IMG/VR virus record: IMGVR_UViG_2698536454_000001
Coordinates: 1-24,586 of that record
From: a virus
Taxonomy: Duplodnaviria > Heunggongvirae > Uroviricota > Caudoviricetes
DNA length: 24,586 bases
Reading direction: 5' to 3' (one strand)
The notes beneath the pieces were generated by a model. It saw only the letters and a list, made by a program, of their open reading frames with translations. It was not told the origin of the DNA and did no database searches. Shown here one piece after another: positions 16,595 through 23,381 of the stretch (positions are counted from its first letter, which is position 1; the number at the start of each line of letters is the position of its first letter). A program made the position numbers and the translations under genes.

Positions 16595-19500
16595 TGCCGA
16601 TATATGAACAGGATCCTAAAGAGTTGCTTGGCGAGGATATTCAGCAAATAGCAGCACCTGATGACAGTAATTTCTATATGGAAACACCTTCTTTGCTTTC
16701 TGCTGTGAACCCATTTACCAGTGATCAACGCGTTCAAAGGTCTAGACAAGCAGCATTTCGTATAGATAACACGCTGGGTAGCTTTATTGCCAGTGCTCCT
16801 TTCAGTCAGTTTGACAGGGTTGAAGGATATAACCCATTTGATAACGATGCAGCAGATATTAAAGGCTATGAAGATTTTGCAGATTCGTTTATCAACTCCG
16901 GTTCGCATGAAGAAACAATGGCAATTAAACATCGAATCGATAAGCAAAGAACAGATAGAGAATATCTATCTGAAATGGGGGGTGCTGGTACTATTTCAAG
17001 CTTAGCAATGGGAATGATAGACCCGGTTAATGTGGCTGCAATGTTCATCCCTGTAGGGGCGGTAGCGCGTGGAGGAAGTATTGCTGAGACGGCAGGGCGT
17101 TTTGCCCTGGCGAATGCTGCTGGTGGGGGAGTATCAGAAGCCGCATTACAGGCCACTCAGGAAGCTCGCTCACCGATGGAGAGCGTATCGAACGTTGTTG
17201 TTGATGCTCTCGTTGGTGGGATCCTTGGTGCTGGTGCACAGCTACTTGCTGGACCTAGCGCGCGCGAGGCAGTGGTTAACTCAGTAGGTAATCATTTGCG
17301 AGGTATGGATTCTCCTCAAAGCATTGGTGCAGCTCAGGTTTTCAATACCACACTCGATCAGGAACAGCTCGCTGGACTTGGACTTGCTAACAAAACGTTG
17401 AGTGTCACTCCTGCTGGCCGCTTGGCGCAATCACCATCTCTTGTCTCCCGTCAGATTAACCAGCAGCTTGCCGAAAATAACTATTTCTTCGCCAAAAATG
17501 ATGAGGGGTTGGCTACGTTTACGGCAGTCGAGACTAAGATTAAGCAATACGACGCCATGCTTTATAAGCAGATGGAAGCCACTCGTGATGCTTACCAGCA
17601 GTACAGCAAATCTGTTAGCGCCCGCGGCGTGAAGAGGATGAACTTTATTGATTTCAATGAAGCTGTTGGCATGGCTATGCGCCGTGGTGATCAGAGTGAT
17701 ATTCCTGAGGTTTCACAAGCAGCCGCCAGAATCCGCCCCATTTTCGAGACCACAAAAGCCCGTATGCAGGAACTGGGGATCCTTCCTGAGGATATCGATG
17801 TCGTGACGGCGAAAAGTTATCTTCCCCGCATTTATAAGTTCGATAAGATACTTTCCGACCGCACTGAATTCAGAGGGCGAATTGCCAACTGGATACAAGG
17901 GATTAGTGCCAAAGGTGCTGACAAAGCAGGTCAGCGAATTGAAAGGATAAATTCATTGCTAAAAACTGCAGAGGAATCGGCACCGCGCGCTGATGCTCTC
18001 GCTAGTGAAATCGCTGAAGCGGAGAAATGGTCTGGTAAAAAAATTCTACTCATGGAAGAACTGGATAAACGAAATAAGCTTATATCTCAGGAGACTGACA
18101 CACAGGCGCGTCTTACAAGAATAGAAAAAGAGTTGGCCGAGACTTCATCAGAAAAACTTCAGGCAAGAATGATGAAAGAAAGCTCTGACCTTAAAACACG
18201 CCTTGATGATATAGCGCAGGCAAAGAGTGAGCTTCCTGTCTATCAGCGTCATATGGAGTTGCTGGATAATCCACGGAAATATCGTTCTGAGCTTCGCCGA
18301 CTGCAAAAACGGGCAAATTCAACCACAAGGCTGAATGCAAGCCGCGAACGAGCACTGAAGCAGATGGAGCCTCTATCCCGAGAGGAAGCAGAGGACGCTG
18401 CTGACGAGATCGTGAATAAAATAATAGGCGCACCTTCCGGTCTTGTACCAGCCGATATTATCCCAGAGAGACTCGTTGGTCGGGCTGGTTTCACTAAAAG
18501 CAGAACGCTGCTTATTCCTGATGAGCGTATAGAAGATTTTCTTGAATCAGATGTTAACTACATCATGGAAAGTTATCTCCGGCAGGTGGCACCAGAAATT
18601 GAGCTGACTGCGCAGTTTGGCCGTAAAGATATGGGGGAGCAAATCCGTCAGGTTAGTGAGGAATATACCCGGCTAATAAAAGAGGCTAAAACACCTAAAC
18701 GACGTGCAGTTCTTGAGAAGCAACGGGAGGCTGATATTAGGGATATTACGGCTATGCGTGATCGACTGCTTGGTACTTACGGCGCACCTCAAGATCCACG
18801 CAGTTTCTTTGTTCGTGCCGGGCGAGTTGCTAGGAATATTAACTTCCTCCGTTTGCTTGGTGGAATGACTGTCTCCGCTGCAACTGATCTGATGCGACCG
18901 ATGATGCAGCATGGCCTGAGAAAATCTCTCGGACCAATGGTAAGCATGCTTAAAAATATGGACTCAGTGAAAATTGCAACCAGGGATTTGCGAGAAATGG
19001 CCGTTGGGCTTGATTATGTCCTGTCTACGCGTACAAAGGCTATAGCGGATCTTACTGACCCCTATAGCCGGAGAAGCGCCGCTGAGCGAGGTCTGAACTG
19101 GATGACGCAGAAATTCGGTAACTGGACGCTGATGAATCAGTGGAACAGCGCACTTAAATCATGGTCCGGGATGATAGTGCAGTCGAGGATACTTGACGCG
19201 GCTCGCCAAGTTTCTGCTGGTGGCACGCTCTCCAAAAGTGAAATGCGGAAGATGGCACAGGTCGGCATCAATGAAGATGTTCTGCGCCGAATTGGGGAGC
19301 AATTCGGGAAGCACGGAGAGGATATGGACGGGCTGTTAACCGGGCATAGTCATCTGTGGGATGACCGTTTCGCTAGAGAGATTTTCCAGTCTGCAGTGCT
19401 GAAAGATGTAGACTCAGTGATTGTAACGCCTGGCGTAGGTGATACACCGCTGTTTTTTAGTAAAGAAGGCTGGAAGATGATCACGCAGTTCAAAACGTTT

Positions 19501-19983
19501 ATCTTCGCACAGCATAACAGGGTGCTGGTATCTGGTATCCAGCAGGGCGATGCTGCATTCTATCTTGGCGCGCTTGGCACGATTGCACTTGGCTCAATGG
19601 TCTATATGATGAAACAGAAGTTAAGCGGTCGCGATATCGACTACAGCTGGAATAACCTTGTGAAAGAGGGGATCGACCGGGGCGGAATGCTTGGCTGGCT
19701 CTCTGAGCCGCTGAATACCGTTGAGAACATAAGCGGCGGTAGGTTTGGTCTTGGCGCGATGTTTGGTGCGCCTCCGGTATCAAGGTTTCAGAGTCGTAAT
19801 GCTATTGGTGCTTTACTTGGTCCTACCTTTGATCTTGGCGGTGATGCCGCGACGGTTGCGAATGGTGTACTTAACGGAGAATTTGACAGCCAGCAAACCC
19901 ACGCGGTCCGTAAAATGCTACCTTTTCAGAACCTGTGGGCGATATCACCGTTACTAAATAAAGTTGAAGAGCAGATGAAATAG
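16594..19983 (+). CDS. internal virion / ejection protein (gp16-like, 1129 aa)
   Basis: Start overlaps the upstream stop (TAATG). Largest gene, last of the operon, Gly/Ala-rich segments. Confidence 0.65.
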   Translation: MPIYEQDPKELLGEDIQQIAAPDDSNFYMETPSLLSAVNPFTSDQRVQRSRQAAFRIDNTLGSFIASAPFSQFDRVEGYNPFDNDAADIKGYEDFADSFINSGSHEETMAIKHRIDKQRTDREYLSEMGGAGTISSLAMGMIDPVNVAAMFIPVGAVARGGSIAETAGRFALANAAGGGVSEAALQATQEARSPMESVSNVVVDALVGGILGAGAQLLAGPSAREAVVNSVGNHLRGMDSPQSIGAAQVFNTTLDQEQLAGLGLANKTLSVTPAGRLAQSPSLVSRQINQQLAENNYFFAKNDEGLATFTAVETKIKQYDAMLYKQMEATRDAYQQYSKSVSARGVKRMNFIDFNEAVGMAMRRGDQSDIPEVSQAAARIRPIFETTKARMQELGILPEDIDVVTAKSYLPRIYKFDKILSDRTEFRGRIANWIQGISAKGADKAGQRIERINSLLKTAEESAPRADALASEIAEAEKWSGKKILLMEELDKRNKLISQETDTQARLTRIEKELAETSSEKLQARMMKESSDLKTRLDDIAQAKSELPVYQRHMELLDNPRKYRSELRRLQKRANSTTRLNASRERALKQMEPLSREEAEDAADEIVNKIIGAPSGLVPADIIPERLVGRAGFTKSRTLLIPDERIEDFLESDVNYIMESYLRQVAPEIELTAQFGRKDMGEQIRQVSEEYTRLIKEAKTPKRRAVLEKQREADIRDITAMRDRLLGTYGAPQDPRSFFVRAGRVARNINFLRLLGGMTVSAATDLMRPMMQHGLRKSLGPMVSMLKNMDSVKIATRDLREMAVGLDYVLSTRTKAIADLTDPYSRRSAAERGLNWMTQKFGNWTLMNQWNSALKSWSGMIVQSRILDAARQVSAGGTLSKSEMRKMAQVGINEDVLRRIGEQFGKHGEDMDGLLTGHSHLWDDRFAREIFQSAVLKDVDSVIVTPGVGDTPLFFSKEGWKMITQFKTFIFAQHNRVLVSGIQQGDAAFYLGALGTIALGSMVYMMKQKLSGRDIDYSWNNLVKEGIDRGGMLGWLSEPLNTVENISGGRFGLGAMFGAPPVSRFQSRNAIGALLGPTFDLGGDAATVANGVLNGEFDSQQTHAVRKMLPFQNLWAISPLLNKVEEQMK

Positions 19984-20424
19984 CTATTCACAATTAGTGA
20001 TGGCGTATGTATCAAATATATTGCCATCACTAAATACATACCTATACTCAATCTCTCCGCCAAGGTGAATAAATGCTTTCATTTGCCTGTTGGAGCAAAT
20101 GCTCGATTTTGAATAATTTCGCATTACACTCTTTAATTTATTTTCTAAGGTTACATCACCATTATAAACTTTTGATAAATAGCTGTTGTTGTAATTAAGA
20201 TGCGCTACAACTAAAAGTTTGTTTAGTATTGCATTTATTGAAACAATAGACATATTATCATTCAATTTTATGGGAAGTGACTTTCCTGCTTCTGATGCGA
20301 TTTTGTTTGCATGTGCACACATATCCTCATTTATTAAATTCTTAAAACATATGTCGTTTGCAAACGAAAAAATTGGTAGGATAAACAAAACGGTAGCTGT
20401 AATAGCGTGCATCGGCTTAATCAT
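19984..20424 (-). CDS. secreted/periplasmic protein of unknown function (146 aa)
   Basis: N-terminal signal peptide (MHAITATVLFILPIFSFA, then NDI); four Cys in the mature part; visibly AT-rich coding sequence. Start could be ATG 20424 or 20412. Confidence 0.6.
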   Translation of the reverse strand: MIKPMHAITATVLFILPIFSFANDICFKNLINEDMCAHANKIASEAGKSLPIKLNDNMSIVSINAILNKLLVVAHLNYNNSYLSKVYNGDVTLENKLKSVMRNYSKSSICSNRQMKAFIHLGGEIEYRYVFSDGNIFDTYAITNCE

Positions 20425-20436
20425 TAGGTGACCTTT

Positions 20437-20886
20437 ATGTTCAAGAAGATGATCAACAGATTAATCGGTGGTAAGGAGGTTAGCAATAAAATTCAACCTC
20501 TTATCTTTAAGGATAACTTTTCAGCTTTTGAGTATGCGTGTAAGTATCTTGACACAAGCCTTTCAGCCAATAAACCAATGCCAGCCATCATCATACCTGG
20601 CCCCAGTGGGGAACAGCCAGTTTTGCTAGATTCTGGAAGACAAAGGGCAATGCTGAAGGTGTGCTCAGCTGATGGTGGATTTTTTGTTATTGCCGATTCA
20701 TCTTACAGCAAAGGACCAAAGCTGAGGATTGGTGATCTTGTTGCTTGGTTGCCTGTGAGTTATGCCGAAGAATTAACGGATAAAATAGAAGATCCTCGCT
20801 CCGCTATGGTTGGCTTGATATTGGGAACCATTCATCCTGAACTAACATCTACTGGCTGGAAGGGTAAAGAAAGATTTCGCAAGTAG
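20437..20886 (+). CDS. soluble protein of unknown function (150 aa)
   Basis: Track ORF 20428..20886; ATG 20437 follows AGGTGA. AT-rich. Divergent from the secreted-protein gene with starts only about 12 bp apart. Confidence 0.6.
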   Translation: MFKKMINRLIGGKEVSNKIQPLIFKDNFSAFEYACKYLDTSLSANKPMPAIIIPGPSGEQPVLLDSGRQRAMLKVCSADGGFFVIADSSYSKGPKLRIGDLVAWLPVSYAEELTDKIEDPRSAMVGLILGTIHPELTSTGWKGKERFRK

Positions 20887-20887
20887 C

Positions 20888-20899
20888 GTGACATGTCAC
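20888..20899. repeat. palindrome GTGACATGTCAC, copy 3 (between the stop of 20437..20886 and a terminator)
   Basis: Perfect 12-bp palindrome 1 nt after TAG and 1 nt before the terminator hairpin. Confidence 0.9.
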
Positions 20900-20900
20900 A

Positions 20901-20925
20901 GGCCGCTTTCGCGGCCTTGTTTTTA
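20901..20925 (+). terminator. intrinsic terminator
   Basis: GGCCGC-tttc-GCGGCC hairpin followed by TTGTTTTT. Confidence 0.7.
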
Positions 20926-21084
20926 ACGAATGCCGCCGCCGCCCGGGCGGGAATCCGCAGAACGCCCACCGCAGCGGGAGCCGTCAGCGGCAGTATCGCT
21001 GTCGTGCTGACAACGGCCGGCAAAGGCCTGAGTTGAAGCTACCAGAGACAACAAAACGAACAGTGCAGCAAATGCTTTTTTCAT
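20923..21084 (-). CDS. possible small secreted peptide (53 aa)
   Basis: Inside track ORF 20923..21111. ATG 21084 gives MKKAFAALFVLLSLVASTQAFA (signal-like) plus a Gly/Arg/Asp-rich 31-aa tail with two Cys. Weak RBS; GC-rich island in an AT-rich block. Confidence 0.3.
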   Translation of the reverse strand: MKKAFAALFVLLSLVASTQAFAGRCQHDSDTAADGSRCGGRSADSRPGGGGIR

Positions 21085-21157
21085 TGTGAAAAATTTCCAT
21101 CTATAAGCCACCTCAATGTGGCGTCAATGAGTGTAGCACTGACTTTTGTTTCGTCCA

Positions 21158-21178
21158 CAAAAAAGCCCGCAGCGCAGG
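21158..21178 (-). terminator. intrinsic terminator right after the stop of 21180..21719
   Basis: GCCUGC-gcu-GCGGGC hairpin (one G-U pair) followed by six U on the minus strand. Confidence 0.6.
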
Positions 21179-21179
21179 C

Positions 21180-21719
21180 TTACCAAAACTTGTACCACGG
21201 GGATTTATCCTTCAATGGACAATCCTTCCATCGTGTGGCCAACCATTCATATTCTTTAAAATATGTGTTTATGTTTTCTTTTTCTCTAATGGCTTGTATA
21301 AGAGGTAGCGCAATCTGATAGTTATTTACAACGGAGCTGTAAAATACTTCCTTAATCATGGTCTCATCATAAGTTTTCCGCTTCACGCTCACAGCCATGC
21401 GTTCGTAGAAACCTAGACAGTAAATTATTTCTCTCTTCTCTGTCTTTTCTTCATCCGTAAGATCAGCCTGCCCATTGCTTGGATACATATAAGAGCGGAA
21501 TGATTTGTTCGATTCGTGAATGCGGCGCATAGTAGATAGGCCTTTCTTATAATCTACATCAAACCTGCTTTCACCAAGGAATACTGAAGTGTGTACTTTT
21601 CTCGCTGTATTTACATTATAAATAATAGTAGCGATAGCTATGAACAAGCCAAGCGAAACCGCGACTGCACTTACGATTTGAGCCACAGCCATGGCAAATT
21701 GCATTTCTTCACTTAACAC
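21180..21719 (-). CDS. membrane-anchored protein of unknown function (179 aa)
   Basis: GTG 21719 follows GGAGA (alternative ATG 21704). One N-terminal transmembrane helix (AMAVAQIVSAVAVSLGLFIAIATIIY), then a charged soluble domain; AT-rich. Confidence 0.6.
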   Translation of the reverse strand: MLSEEMQFAMAVAQIVSAVAVSLGLFIAIATIIYNVNTARKVHTSVFLGESRFDVDYKKGLSTMRRIHESNKSFRSYMYPSNGQADLTDEEKTEKREIIYCLGFYERMAVSVKRKTYDETMIKEVFYSSVVNNYQIALPLIQAIREKENINTYFKEYEWLATRWKDCPLKDKSPWYKFW

Positions 21720-21734
21720 AAACTGTCTCCAGAC

Positions 21735-21758
21735 ATGAAAACGGGGCCTAATGGCCCC
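21735..21758 (-). terminator. intrinsic terminator directly upstream of the 21180..21719 RBS
   Basis: GGGGCC-auua-GGCCCC hairpin followed by GUUUUC on the minus strand. Confidence 0.55.
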
Positions 21759-21894
21759 GTCATTAAACTATCCGAATGTTAAACGCCTTCGTACTCGTCA
21801 AATTTTCTCATGTGGGCTCCTCCTGTATCGGTGCCTAATCGCTATGGATCACCCGTGAGGTAATAGTACGCTATTCACCTGCAATCTGTACAGA

Positions 21895-21920
21895 ATTATT
21901 TAAAGGCACATCCCTGTGCC
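21895..21920 (-). terminator. weak terminator-like hairpin after the antirepressor gene
   Basis: GGCACA-ggga-UGUGCC followed by UUUAAAUAAUU. Confidence 0.35.
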
Positions 21921-21928
21921 GCCGCCCG

Positions 21929-22615
21929 TCAGAAGAACCCTGCCTTGTCATTGATGTACTCTGCGTGAGTCTGGATATCACGCAGGCATTTGCTCACACC
22001 GACGATGTAGCAGAACATGGTGGTCAGTTCCGCCGCTGCGCCCGATACGTCGTGCCCGTCGTCCTGTAACTGGTTCAGCAGATTCATCAGCAGTGAGTTC
22101 TCCGTCAGGCCGAGAACACCAGACGGCGAGTGAATCAGGCTGCGGTAGCCGGGCTTCAGTGGGGCACTGTAGGTTTTGTTCTCTATCTTCATCGCCTGCA
22201 TTACTGCTGACGCCGTGGCGTTGGCTACCTGGTCGGCAACCATCTTTATGCGTTCTTCCTGCGGGAGCGAGTTTTTAATGTAACTTCCGGTGCGGCGGAT
22301 CTGAGGAAGAACCTCACCTGTAACCCATTTACGAAAGCGGTAGGGGATAGTGCCTGGTGTCACCGCATCGCGGCAGCGGAGGATCAGTGTGTAGAGGCCT
22401 GACTCGTTGATAATATTGGTTTCGCCTTGACGGCCTAAGTTAAATTTAGCCCTTTCATCATCATCAAGAGATTTTATTGACATAGTGGGGTTTGTCAGTT
22501 GAAGAGCTTTAATAACGTCTTTGGCAACAAACCAAGGATTTCCATCAATAACAATGGCTCGAATGGTTGCTTCTGATTCAAAATGAAAAACAGATGGGGT
22601 TACGTTAGCAGTCAT
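21929..22615 (-). CDS. Bro-N domain antirepressor (Ant-like), 228 aa
   Basis: Track ORF 21929..22768; ATG 22615 follows AAAGGTGA. N-terminal Bro-N signature (FHFESEATIRAIVIDGNPWFVAKDVIKAL). C-terminal 85 aa homologous to the product of 22929..23186. Confidence 0.75.
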   Translation of the reverse strand: MTANVTPSVFHFESEATIRAIVIDGNPWFVAKDVIKALQLTNPTMSIKSLDDDERAKFNLGRQGETNIINESGLYTLILRCRDAVTPGTIPYRFRKWVTGEVLPQIRRTGSYIKNSLPQEERIKMVADQVANATASAVMQAMKIENKTYSAPLKPGYRSLIHSPSGVLGLTENSLLMNLLNQLQDDGHDVSGAAAELTTMFCYIVGVSKCLRDIQTHAEYINDKAGFF

Positions 22616-22768
22616 AGTGATCACCTTTGTAGTTAGGTTAATCACCACTACCGACGCCAATCGGTTGGTGGTGAACTGTGCAGGGTTGGCGTAACCGGCT
22701 ACAAAGGACCCGGCGCACCTTTCGGTGCCCCCACACAGCCCACCATAGAATAGGTGCGCTTTACACAT

Positions 22769-22788
22769 AAAAAAAACCGCTTATGCGG
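22769..22788 (-). terminator. strong intrinsic terminator between the small LexA-controlled gene and ant
   Basis: CCGC-auaa-GCGG hairpin followed by eight U on the minus strand, with an adjacent GGCA-cata-TGCC hairpin. Confidence 0.7.
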
Positions 22789-22928
22789 CATATGTGCCTC
22801 TGTAGTAACCCGGGACGCCAATCCCGGCACTAGATTTTGCCAGTGCCCGACTACTATGGCACAAGAGGAGTGCGATGTAAATTTACCGCAAAGGTAAATA
22901 TAAGCACTCCACTTGGTAATTGCAAACC

Positions 22929-23186
22929 TTATCTGGTTTGTTTTCGTAATTGTTCGGCACAATAGTCGAGATGTGTTTGCAGATCCTGCATAGACATCTG
23001 TGAGCTGGTGACGTAGTTAATCAGTGCAGTCAGTTCGGCAAGTGGGCCATCGACATTAAATCCATCCTTATCGAGATCCCGGAGTAATTTCATCAAGTGC
23101 GATCTCTCCACCAGTGACCTGACGCCTCCCGGCGTGTGAATCCTTTCGGTAAATCCGTCTTCCAGTGGATAGTGATACTGCTGCAT
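22929..23186 (-). CDS. small antirepressor-like protein (85 aa), LexA-box-preceded
   Basis: Track ORF 22929..23204 begins at TTG; ATG 23186 follows GGAGAA. Aligns with the Ant C-terminal domain (IH-P-GV, LM-LL, DG-V-G-AELT, D-QTH-Y). Confidence 0.65.
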   Translation of the reverse strand: MQQYHYPLEDGFTERIHTPGGVRSLVERSHLMKLLRDLDKDGFNVDGPLAELTALINYVTSSQMSMQDLQTHLDYCAEQLRKQTR

Positions 23187-23205
23187 CTTATCTTCTCCAT
23201 GCAAT

Positions 23206-23225
23206 AACTGTATATTTATACAGTA
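23206..23225. promoter_or_regulatory. LexA (SOS) box
   Basis: AACTGTATATTTATACAGTA matches the consensus TACTGTATATATATACAGTA at 18 of 20 positions, including both CTGT/ACAG arms; about 20 nt upstream of the minus-strand ATG 23186. Confidence 0.75.
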
Positions 23226-23381
23226 TCAAATAATTTGTTTGCTATCCAGCACGTTTTGCAAATCACCTGAAAGGTAATATCTATTCGTATTTATGGGTTG
23301 TCTATCCATATGTGGTTTTTCGGGTAATAGAATAACCGGATATGCGGCGCAACGGGTGCTGCGACTATCTGGAGAATTAAC

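Noticed and set aside
20219-20431. 70-aa + strand ORF inside the secreted-protein gene
   Set aside because: Shadow of the minus-strand gene in AT-rich sequence; no RBS.
21868-21883. LexA-like CTGTACAGATTGCAG sequence downstream of ant
   Set aside because: The spacing is CTG-N9-CAG rather than the required CTG-N10-CAG and the second arm is not ACAG, so it is not called as an SOS box.
22699-22962. 87-aa minus-strand ORF spanning the terminator region upstream of ant
   Set aside because: Overlaps the 3' end of the small antirepressor-like gene and runs through a strong terminator hairpin; the region is better explained as structured RNA.
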